From positions 203,480-267,479 of the forward strand of contig CBDEVU010000007.1 of assembly GCA_965243715.1 (NCBI GenBank): DNA of 64,000 bases. Reading direction: 5' to 3'. The notes beneath the pieces are model-generated. The model made no database searches. It was given only the letters and a program-made list of their open reading frames with translations, and was not told the origin of the DNA. Shown here piece by piece: positions 54,854-62,953 of this stretch. A program made the translations under genes and the position numbers. The number at the start of each line of letters is the position of its first letter. Position 1 is the stretch's first letter. The DNA comes from Candidatus Aldehydirespiratoraceae bacterium. Its GTDB lineage: Bacteria; Actinomycetota; Acidimicrobiia; Acidimicrobiales; Aldehydirespiratoraceae.

Positions 54854-55938
54854 CGCATCCCTAATCGGAGATCGTTCCAGAGATCTTCGAGGTGTTCGAT
54901 GCCCACGCTCAGCCGTAGCAGCCCTGCTGGGAGGTGCTCTTGGCCGTTGATTTTGGCCCGCCGTTCGATCGTCGATTCCACCGACCCGAGACTGGTCGCG
55001 TGGCTGATGATGGTGACGGATTCGCAGAGGTGATCGGCCGCCTCTGCATCGGCTAGGTCGAAGCTAATCATGGTGCCAAAGCCGGGATATCGCACGACCT
55101 CAACCGACGGCTCTCGGGTTAGCCGGTCGGCCAGTTCACGAGCGTTGGCCGCCGCCGCATCAAGGCGCAACGCCATCGTACGGAGCCCCCGCAGAGCAAG
55201 AAACGTCTCCAGCGATCCCGGGAAGGCACCGTTGAGGGTGCGACTCGCACGAAGCGCATCGACGAGCCGCGGATCGGTCGCCGATAAGACGCCACCGAGC
55301 AGGTCGGAGTGTCCACCGATGAATTTGGTTGATGACTGCATCGCGATGTCAGCGCCGAGTTTTAGCGGCTGTTGGAGCAACGAGGTGGCGAAGGTGTTGT
55401 CAACGGCCAGAAGAGTTTCAGCCGAGCGCGGGGCACGGCCGATGGTTTCGAGATCGGCCACCGTCAGCAGCGGATTGGTGGGCGATTCGAGCCACACGAG
55501 GCGGGCGGTTTGGAGGGCGACCAACCACGCATCGGTCGCATCTACCGCGAGACGGGTGAGCGTCCAGCGGCCCTTAGTCGCGCCCACTTCGGCGAGGTGT
55601 ACAATCCCTTGGTAGCAGTCGTCGGGGATGACCACTTCGCTACCGACCTCGACTTGATCAAAGACGGCCGCCGCTGCGGCTAAGCCCGACGAAAAGCAAA
55701 GGGATTGTCCCCCGTCGAGTCCGCCGAGGGTGAACTCGAGCGCCTCGAGGGCGGCGGTTGAGTCATCGCGGGCGTAGGCCCTTCCCCCGCCCGATTTGAA
55801 CGTGGAGACTGCTGTGATGGGATGGTTGAGGGGTTCGCCTGGTTTGGTTGGTCGACCGGCCCTCACCAGCCAGGTTCGCTGATCAAAGTCGGTGGGATCA
55901 AGGTCGGTGGGATCAATGGGGAGCGATGCATGGGCCAC
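54850..55938 (-). CDS. Cys/Met-metabolism PLP enzyme (cystathionine gamma-synthase / beta- or gamma-lyase family)
   Basis: 362 aa with the PLP-lysine motif SSTKFIGGHSD. Confidence 0.87.
   Translation of the reverse strand: MAHASLPIDPTDLDPTDFDQRTWLVRAGRPTKPGEPLNHPITAVSTFKSGGGRAYARDDSTAALEALEFTLGGLDGGQSLCFSSGLAAAAAVFDQVEVGSEVVIPDDCYQGIVHLAEVGATKGRWTLTRLAVDATDAWLVALQTARLVWLESPTNPLLTVADLETIGRAPRSAETLLAVDNTFATSLLQQPLKLGADIAMQSSTKFIGGHSDLLGGVLSATDPRLVDALRASRTLNGAFPGSLETFLALRGLRTMALRLDAAAANARELADRLTREPSVEVVRYPGFGTMISFDLADAEAADHLCESVTIISHATSLGSVESTIERRAKINGQEHLPAGLLRLSVGIEHLEDLWNDLRLGMR
55888..55917. repeat. 15-bp tandem duplication inside the N-terminus of 54850..55938
   Basis: GTCGGTGGGATCAAG followed by GTCGGTGGGATCAAT. 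On the minus strand this encodes IDPTDLDPTDF. Confidence 0.85.
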
Positions 55939-56004
55939 CGCGGCACTCTAATAGGTGAGACTCCCGATGATGATCCGACCCAACTGAATGGCGAGAGGCA
56001 GCAA

Positions 56005-57510
56005 GTGCAATATCGCGTAGATCAGCGCAGCGGCCTTCAAGAGCGTCCAGCGGCCGCTCCGTTCCCGATCGGTCCGAACGACCTGACCGAAGCAGTGCGA
56101 CGCGCCGGTGAGATGCACGCCGAGCGGATCGCGATTATTGGGGCGAACCGTTCGGTTACCTTTGGCGAGTTGCTCACCGATGTCGATCGTTTGGCGGGCA
56201 AACTCGCGGCCATCGGGATCACGCCCGGTGAGCGAGTCGCAGTCGCGGCCGCGTCGGGTCTCGATGCCGTGATCCTATTCTTGTCGGTGATCCGAGCGGG
56301 CGGAATCTGGCTCGGGCTTCATCGGCGAACTACGGCCGCCAACCGGGAACGGATTCTGGCCGAAGTCGGAGCGAAAATCGTGTTGAGCAGCACGGCAGAG
56401 GTCGACCAGATGAGCACCCGGGTTGCGCCGCGGCCCGCGATAAACCGGTCGTCGCCCGCCGCGCTGGGTTTCACATCGGGCACGACCGGGCTGGCGAAGG
56501 CCCTAGTCCACAGCCAGCAACAACTCCTGTATCCCGGTGTCGTCAGTCTTCACACCGAACCGACTCCTCTCAACGAGCGGATCGGTACTCCGTTGCCACT
56601 GTCGACGCTGAACATCATGTTGCTCGGGCCGATCACGGCTCTGGTGCGAGGGTCCACCTACATCGACTTGACGCTCACCGAGGCCACCGCCTTGGCCGCC
56701 GATGTTCACCGCCACGGCGTCACCAAAACTGTGCTCGTCCCCACCCTGATCCACGATCTGGTCGCCCAGGCGACGCCGAAGCTACGAAATTCGCTATCGT
56801 CGCTTACGACCGTGCTGGTGGGCGGTTCGAAAATGCCGCCCGGGATGATGGCTGCCGCCCACGCCAAACTCGGGTTGATCCTCACCGCCAGCTACGGCCT
56901 TTCCGAAGCACCGACCGGGGTGCTTCGTCGCACCGCCGACTCGCCCGCTCAAGTGTTGCCCGGGATCGACATCGCCGTCGATGCGGTAACCCACGAGATC
57001 ACCCTCGCCCCCGACTCAACCGGACCCTGGGCCCGATGTTGGGCCCCCACTCTCGGCTACTGGCAGCGTCCAGCGGCGACCGAGCGACTCTACGCTGGGG
57101 GACGGCTCCACACCGGCGATTACGGGTCCGTCGATGCTGATGGCCACATCGAGGTCATCGGCCGCGGGGTCGACATGATCTCGCGGGGCGCCACAATCAT
57201 CGCTCCGCACGAAATTGAGCGAGCCCTTTTGCATAATCCGGTCGTGGAGCAGGCAGCCGCTTTCGGCCTTCCCGACCCCCGACTGGGCGAGCGAGTCGTG
57301 GCCGCCGTTGTCGTCAACGCCCGTTACGCGGGAACCGACCCTACCGACCTAGCCGACCCTACCGACCTAGCCGACGCCACTCGACCTCACCTAGACGCCT
57401 ACAAGGTCCCAGCGGAAGTCCACATCGTGAAGGTGCTGCCCCACAACACCGCGGGGAAGGTCGATCGTCAGGTTCTGCGGCAGTGGTTCACCACGGGGCT
57501 AGACGACTAA
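56005..57510 (+). CDS. AMP-dependent synthetase/ligase (acyl-CoA synthetase family)
   Basis: AMP-binding motif GFTSGTTGLAKA with TGDYG and ...GKVDR at the C-terminus. The start is uncertain: track 55822 overlaps the divergent gene, and GTG 56005 is the first start clear of it. Confidence 0.8.
   Translation: MQYRVDQRSGLQERPAAAPFPIGPNDLTEAVRRAGEMHAERIAIIGANRSVTFGELLTDVDRLAGKLAAIGITPGERVAVAAASGLDAVILFLSVIRAGGIWLGLHRRTTAANRERILAEVGAKIVLSSTAEVDQMSTRVAPRPAINRSSPAALGFTSGTTGLAKALVHSQQQLLYPGVVSLHTEPTPLNERIGTPLPLSTLNIMLLGPITALVRGSTYIDLTLTEATALAADVHRHGVTKTVLVPTLIHDLVAQATPKLRNSLSSLTTVLVGGSKMPPGMMAAAHAKLGLILTASYGLSEAPTGVLRRTADSPAQVLPGIDIAVDAVTHEITLAPDSTGPWARCWAPTLGYWQRPAATERLYAGGRLHTGDYGSVDADGHIEVIGRGVDMISRGATIIAPHEIERALLHNPVVEQAAAFGLPDPRLGERVVAAVVVNARYAGTDPTDLADPTDLADATRPHLDAYKVPAEVHIVKVLPHNTAGKVDRQVLRQWFTTGLDD
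57337..57372. repeat. perfect 18-bp tandem duplication (in-frame DPTDLA x2)
   Basis: GACCCTACCGACCTAGCC occurs at 57337-57354 and again at 57355-57372. Confidence 0.9.
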
Positions 57511-58640
57511 AGCGACCGCGTGTCGGTGGGTAACCCGAACAGGGCCCGTCCCAATGGTTCATAAATACGCGGCGCTACCATCGCATGCTGGCGCGCCACA
57601 TGGACATCACGAAAAACCCGCTGAATCGGCGCGGCTCGGTAAACGGCAGCGCCACCGGCAGCGGAGTAGCACCGGTCGACGACGCTAACCGAGGCATCCA
57701 TAGCGTGGTTTGCCGCGGCACGAAGGCGCAGTTTGTGCTCGTCGGGGAGACGGGGTTCGTGGTGAGCGATTTCCCAAGCCTCGGCCACGACGGAATCCAC
57801 CCCGGCACGGGCGGCCCGGATGCTCGCATCAGCTCGGGCCAGATCGGCCTGAACGGCGGGTCGCTCGGCGAGGCTCCGACTGCTCCCTTGGGGCACCTTC
57901 GCCGCGTAGGTAAGCAGTTCTTCGATTGCCCGCCGGGCCAACCCCAGGCCCACCATCGCTACCCCTAGGGCGAGCGCGCCAAAGGTTGAAAAGCGGTACA
58001 GAGTGTCATCGACTACCAACTGCCGCTGGTCCATAGCCACGAGTCGGTCGAAGGGCACTCGGGCGTTTTCGACCCGGTAATCGGTCGAGGCGGTTCCTTG
58101 CAGGCCCGCCACCTGCCAGGTGTCGAGGAGTTCAACCTCGTCCGACTCGAAGAAGGCAAAGACATAGCCGGAGCCGTTCGGAAGGGTCGCCGGTTTGCCG
58201 TCGGCATCGACGATTCGTACTCCGCCTCCCATCGTGGTGGCGTGAGAAGAACCACTCCCCCACGCCCAGCGACCGCTCACCTCGAGTTGGCCGCCCACGA
58301 CCTGGCCGACGCCAACGGGCGCGGCGAAACCGCCACAAATTGCGTCGTCGGCTCCGAAAATGGCCGCCCCTTGGACTGGCCCCAACGAGGCCGATAGCAA
58401 GGCCGTGGTGTTAGCAATCATTATCGACCAGCCGGTTGCGCCGTCGTGGAAAGCGCCCTCTTCGGTCGCCGCGAGTCCTTCGGCCAGCGTGGCGCCCGCG
58501 CCCCCGTACGCCCGCGGCACCCACAGCTTGAACACTCCGCTAGAGGCAAGGTCGGCCACTAGATCGGAACTAAGCCGACCCTCCGATTCGGTGCGGTCAG
58601 CTTCCACTCGGGCCCTGATAAGTACGGGCGAGATGCTCAT
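57507..58640 (-). CDS. acyl-CoA dehydrogenase-fold protein (type-2 / flavin-dependent monooxygenase-like)
   Basis: 377 aa with ACAD N/M/C architecture and the WAWGSGSSHA segment typical of the HsaA/DszC/C2 group. Confidence 0.75.
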   Translation of the reverse strand: MSISPVLIRARVEADRTESEGRLSSDLVADLASSGVFKLWVPRAYGGAGATLAEGLAATEEGAFHDGATGWSIMIANTTALLSASLGPVQGAAIFGADDAICGGFAAPVGVGQVVGGQLEVSGRWAWGSGSSHATTMGGGVRIVDADGKPATLPNGSGYVFAFFESDEVELLDTWQVAGLQGTASTDYRVENARVPFDRLVAMDQRQLVVDDTLYRFSTFGALALGVAMVGLGLARRAIEELLTYAAKVPQGSSRSLAERPAVQADLARADASIRAARAGVDSVVAEAWEIAHHEPRLPDEHKLRLRAAANHAMDASVSVVDRCYSAAGGAAVYRAAPIQRVFRDVHVARQHAMVAPRIYEPLGRALFGLPTDTRSL

Positions 58641-58685
58641 TTAGGTCACTCCCCTTCTTCTTAGCGTCTAGCGATTACCAACTTG

Positions 58686-59318
58686 CTAGAGTTCGCCGAA
58701 GCGAGCTTCGTAGGCTTCGGCGATCGCATCGATGAACTCCTCCCAACGAAGACCAGAGCCGACAGGCGGAAGGTCCTTTTCGATCAACCCTGTCTCCCAA
58801 TCGAACGCGACGACAGCGATCCCCTCAAGGAGATGTGAAGCGTCACCTTCGGTCTCTCGGCCGCCAGCTCGCATGAACCGACCGACCGACCGATCGACAA
58901 GATGTGTCGTAGATTTCCAGTGGCAGTCATCGCCAGACTTCGTCCGTTCCATTGTGGGTATCGTGAGGATGCCACCGACCACTGCGAAGGGGAACTTCAG
59001 GTGAACGTTGACCGCAAATGTTCGGACATCGCCGAATCGATTCCAGATCGCTCGACCCACAGCTAGGTGGACGGGCTTGATCTCGACAGCCACGATTCCC
59101 TCCAGGCGCAGCCCCTTCTCACGAAGGTCCGCAACCATCACGCGCGCCAGGCTGTTCGAGAGCCGGATCTGGGCCGCCTTGCCCTTCTTGGATCCGACGA
59201 CGGTTGCTTCACGTATGTACTCCGCGGCGGCCGCGCAATAATCACCAATCGTCGGCCGATCGAGCAGACCAAGCCCGTCCACCAAGGCGAGCCCGATCGG
59301 ATCGTCGATACTACCCAC
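58686..59318 (-). CDS. putative type II restriction endonuclease (PD-(D/E)xK candidate)
   Basis: 210 aa, 2 nt downstream of and co-directional with the methyltransferase. It carries a candidate VMVADL...EGIVAVEIK (D...ExK) motif. I recognise no family. Confidence 0.55.
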   Translation of the reverse strand: MGSIDDPIGLALVDGLGLLDRPTIGDYCAAAAEYIREATVVGSKKGKAAQIRLSNSLARVMVADLREKGLRLEGIVAVEIKPVHLAVGRAIWNRFGDVRTFAVNVHLKFPFAVVGGILTIPTMERTKSGDDCHWKSTTHLVDRSVGRFMRAGGRETEGDASHLLEGIAVVAFDWETGLIEKDLPPVGSGLRWEEFIDAIAEAYEARFGEL

Positions 59319-59320
59319 GT

Positions 59321-60331
59321 TCAGGCCGTAAGATCGAGGGCTGTCTGGCGGGACGACCGGACGACTTCGCTAACTCGATCGACACACTGATCGAAGTAGG
59401 CGGGGTCGACCTCACACCCAATGCTGTTGCGGCCGCAGGTCGCCGCCGCGGCCGAGGTCGTGCCGGTCCCGAGGAATGGATCGAAGACGGTATCGCCAAC
59501 GAACGAAAACATACGTATAAGTCGTTCGGCCAGAGGAAGTGGAAAGGGAGCGGGATGGTCGCGGGTCGACGCGCCGCCGATCCGCCAGATCTGCTGGAAC
59601 CACTCCGAATGATTCTCGGCGGCCAGAACGGACATGAGTCTCGTGGCCAGATCGGGCTTGCGGTATCCCCCCGGCTTGCGCTGGAACAAGATGTACTCAA
59701 TGTCGTTCTTGATGACGCCGTTCGGCTCGTAAGGCTTCCCGAAGAATCCGCCTGCTCCCATCTCGTACTGCGCATTGGCGATCTTGTACCAGATGATCGG
59801 AGCAAGGTTGTCGAATCCAATTGCCCGGCATCGCTCCTGGATGCTCGCATGAAGCGGGAAGACTAGGTGCCGCCCGAACGCCTTGCGGGAGACGTTCACG
59901 TCGCCGACCACAATCACCATCCGTCCCCCGGGAACGAGTGCCTCGTACCCACGCCGCCAGACCTCATCGAGTTCGTCGAGGAAGTCGTCGTAATCTTTGA
60001 CTTCGCCGAGTTGTCGCTCGTGATCGTTGTACTTCTTCAGTGTCCAATATGGCGGCGAGGTGACAACAAGTTCGACGCTCTTGGTATCGAGGTAAATCCG
60101 ACGGCTGTCTCCCTGATAAAGCCGATGAGCACTGGGGAGGCTGCCGACAGCCTCTGCGATCCGGGCACAGGCGTCTTTGTCCTTGGCGATGGCGGGAAAT
60201 GCCTTCTGAGGCTCCTTTCGTACCTGCTCAAGAAGTGACGGTGGCGCGGCTGAGCCGACAAGGGCATAGTCGAGCGGCACGCCCAAGTTGACCGACTTCT
60301 TGATGTCTGCACCGAGCTTTTGATTTCCCAT
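59321..60331 (-). CDS. DNA methyltransferase, beta-class N4-cytosine/N6-adenine (N6_N4_Mtase)
   Basis: 336 aa. Motif IV TSPPYW precedes motif I DPFLGTGTT, which is the beta permutation. GGAG lies 9 nt upstream of the ATG. Confidence 0.9.
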   Translation of the reverse strand: MGNQKLGADIKKSVNLGVPLDYALVGSAAPPSLLEQVRKEPQKAFPAIAKDKDACARIAEAVGSLPSAHRLYQGDSRRIYLDTKSVELVVTSPPYWTLKKYNDHERQLGEVKDYDDFLDELDEVWRRGYEALVPGGRMVIVVGDVNVSRKAFGRHLVFPLHASIQERCRAIGFDNLAPIIWYKIANAQYEMGAGGFFGKPYEPNGVIKNDIEYILFQRKPGGYRKPDLATRLMSVLAAENHSEWFQQIWRIGGASTRDHPAPFPLPLAERLIRMFSFVGDTVFDPFLGTGTTSAAAATCGRNSIGCEVDPAYFDQCVDRVSEVVRSSRQTALDLTA

Positions 60332-60498
60332 CGGGCTAAACCTCCGATCGAATGTATGTATAAGGTATGTGGCTAGTTCAAGTTTCTAAGCTATACACTG
60401 CCAGCAACATAGCATGGGAAGGTTCGTCGGTGAACATCCACTGTCTGCGTCGGGTTTGCGGTCCCCGGTTGCATCCTGGCCATGTTAGGTTGATTTAG

Positions 60499-60723
60499 AT
60501 GATCAGACGGTTTGTGAAAACCCTTTTGGCCGTACGGCTTACAGGTAGCATCTTCGACCGTAACCGTTTCGATATTCCTCCCGACCAAGACTTTGACAAG
60601 GTCGTCGTAAATATTCCCGATATGAGCAAGCGCCGGATGCTGTTATCTATGGTGATGATACTTGGTTGTGCGTATATTGCCGGCAAGCTTACCGGGTTTA
60701 TATGGAGCATGTTCCTTGGGTGA
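60499..60723 (+). CDS. hypothetical small protein with a C-terminal TM helix (doubtful)
   Basis: 74-aa ORF in the AT-rich flank of the R-M genes. The C-terminal part MSKRRMLLSMVMILGCAYIAGKLTGFIWSMFLG is a basic stretch plus one TM helix. No SD was seen. Confidence 0.25.
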   Translation: MIRRFVKTLLAVRLTGSIFDRNRFDIPPDQDFDKVVVNIPDMSKRRMLLSMVMILGCAYIAGKLTGFIWSMFLG

Positions 60724-60840
60724 TTTATCGGCGGACATGTCTTCGACCTGATCGTTTTTATCTATACTGATAAGATACCGATACGGATCAAATCATAGCT
60801 GAGTCGACACTGCGTGAAACGATGGACTACTATCGAACCT

Positions 60841-61524
60841 ATGGGTGAACTAGTTGAACTTGGCGGACCCGATGACGGACGCGGTTATCTCGCGCTCCCC
60901 GACTCACGGATCGGTCCGGGCGTGGTGGTTATCCAAGAATGGTGGGGGCTCAATCCACAGATGAAGGCAACGGCGGACCACCTAGCCGAGAATGGTTTCG
61001 TGGCCCTCGCGCCGGATCTGTACCGCGGGGAACTCGCAGGGCATGACGAGATGGACAAAGCCGGACATTTGATGATCTCCCTACCACCGGAGCGAGCCGC
61101 CGCGGACATGAGCGCCGCGGTGGACTTTCTTCGCTCCCACCCCGCCGTTACGTCACCCCAACTCGGGGCGATCGGATTCTGCATGGGCGGGATGCTCACG
61201 ATGATGATCGCGGCCCTGCGGGGCGACGCGATTGCGGTCGCGGTTCCCTTCTACGGCTACCCGGTGAGCAACGAACCCGACTGGAGCGGCCTTTCGGCGG
61301 TGGTACGCGGCCACTTTTGTGCCGATGACGAGCACTTCCCCGCCGCCGGTGCCCGCGATCTAGAGCAGCGACTACAGGCAATGGGCAAGGACGTTCAGAT
61401 CACGTTTCACGACGCACCACACGCGTTCATGAACGAGACCAATCCGTTCGGTAGCCACGACCCGGAACTCACCGGCCAATTGTGGCCCGAAGTGGTAACC
61501 CTGCTCGCCGATACCCTCACCTAG
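60841..61524 (+). CDS. dienelactone hydrolase family protein
   Basis: MGELVELGGPDDGRGYLALP..., GVVVIQEWWGLN and the nucleophile elbow GFCMGG. I start it at ATG 60841 (track GTG 60814 is possible). Confidence 0.87.
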   Translation: MGELVELGGPDDGRGYLALPDSRIGPGVVVIQEWWGLNPQMKATADHLAENGFVALAPDLYRGELAGHDEMDKAGHLMISLPPERAAADMSAAVDFLRSHPAVTSPQLGAIGFCMGGMLTMMIAALRGDAIAVAVPFYGYPVSNEPDWSGLSAVVRGHFCADDEHFPAAGARDLEQRLQAMGKDVQITFHDAPHAFMNETNPFGSHDPELTGQLWPEVVTLLADTLT

Positions 61525-61538
61525 CCTAGGGCCCTCGG

Positions 61539-62270
61539 ATGCACGAACCGGAAGCCGAACGACTCCACCGCAAGCAGCGCCTAGCAGCCGGTTTGCGGGT
61601 GATAGGGCGGCTCAACTTAGCCGAAGGGGTCGCTGGGCATGTCACTGTTCGCGACCCCGAACTCACCGATCATTTCTGGGTGAACCCGTTCGGCCACAAC
61701 TTTAAGCTCATGTGCGTCTCGGATCTGATTCTTGTCAACCACGAAGGCGAAGTCGTCGAGGGTGACCGTCCGGTAAACAACGCCGCGTTCGCCATCCACT
61801 CCCAAATACATGCCGCGCGTCCCGATGTCATCGCGGCCGCCCATTCGCATGCCATGTACGGGCGTACCTTCTCGACGTTGGGCCAACCATTGAGGATGCT
61901 CAGCCAGGACGACACCATGTTCTACAACGACGTTGCCATGTGTGACGCCGGAAGTGGTGCTGTCGTGTTCGACCTCGAGGTGGGTCGGGCCATGGCTGAG
62001 TCACTTGGCGACCGCAAGGCCCTCATTCACCAAAACCACGGCATCATCACCGCGGGCGGATCGGTGGACGCGGCCGTTTGGTGGTTCGTCGCCCTCGAGC
62101 GTTGCTGTCAGAGCCAATTGCTGGCAATGGCCGCTGGCGAACCAATCGAGATTCCCGACGAGTTGTGTCAAAGCGGCTACGAGGTGCAAGGCCACGACCT
62201 AGCTGGTTGGTTCCAGTTCCAACCATGGTGGGATGAACTCATGCGAGACGAACCGGAACTGCTGCACTAG
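61539..62270 (+). CDS. class II aldolase/adducin family protein
   Basis: 243 aa with ...GHVTVRDP...AAHSHAMYG... zinc-ligand His pattern. Confidence 0.86.
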   Translation: MHEPEAERLHRKQRLAAGLRVIGRLNLAEGVAGHVTVRDPELTDHFWVNPFGHNFKLMCVSDLILVNHEGEVVEGDRPVNNAAFAIHSQIHAARPDVIAAAHSHAMYGRTFSTLGQPLRMLSQDDTMFYNDVAMCDAGSGAVVFDLEVGRAMAESLGDRKALIHQNHGIITAGGSVDAAVWWFVALERCCQSQLLAMAAGEPIEIPDELCQSGYEVQGHDLAGWFQFQPWWDELMRDEPELLH

Positions 62271-62324
62271 GGCCGAGATTCCTGACCGTCAAGAGGCACG
62301 AACCTCAGGCTAGGGTTTGTCGCC

Positions 62325-62915
62325 GTGATCGAACTTCAAGTCCGCAAGATCCAGCTCGTGGTTCAGCGCGTGTTTGCGGCCGGTGGACGCCCTCTTCCTC
62401 GGCCTCATCGGACGGGCTCAATCGCCGCCGTGCTTAGCAACCCATTCTGCGGACGCTTCGCCGACGGCGACGAAATCGCGGCCTGGATGGACGCCTTGCA
62501 GCCGCTGGCCGATGAAATGGCCATCGATTTGCGCGACACGTTGGCAATCAACGACTACGAAATCCAGACCTACGGCAAAGGGGCAATCGTTGGCTCTAGT
62601 GGCGAACTCGAAATCGCCGCGGCCTGGCATATTCCCGGCGGTCAGAGCCTTCGTAACGCCCTCAACTCACCGAAGGCCATGGTTCCATCCAGCAAAAAGA
62701 TCGGCACACTCGGGTCGCAGATCGACGTCCCTTTAGTGTACATCCACGCCTCGTATCTACGTTCCCACTACGACGTGCAACCGGTGGTAGTGCCTGACGG
62801 ACCCCGGCCCAACGAGGTCGTCTACTGCGTGGTCATGTCGACGGGTGAACGACCGCATCCGCGCCTTGCCGGTTTCGGAATCGACGAGGTTTCCGGTACC
62901 GACGGCTTGCGATAG
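62325..62915 (+). CDS. amino acid synthesis family protein (DUF1185)
   Basis: 196 aa with TYGKGAIVGSSGELEIAAAWH...IDVPL...RSHYD, which fits my recollection of the family consensus. Confidence 0.72.
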   Translation: MIELQVRKIQLVVQRVFAAGGRPLPRPHRTGSIAAVLSNPFCGRFADGDEIAAWMDALQPLADEMAIDLRDTLAINDYEIQTYGKGAIVGSSGELEIAAAWHIPGGQSLRNALNSPKAMVPSSKKIGTLGSQIDVPLVYIHASYLRSHYDVQPVVVPDGPRPNEVVYCVVMSTGERPHPRLAGFGIDEVSGTDGLR

Positions 62916-62953
62916 TCGCAGGGTCCGTGGCCATTTGCTAGGTTCAGAGACTG

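Noticed and set aside
55939-56070. SAM riboswitch upstream of the Cys/Met PLP-enzyme gene
   Set aside because: I read the minus-strand leader and found no S-box or SAM-IV consensus elements. The gap is too short once the divergent ligase N-terminus is accounted for.
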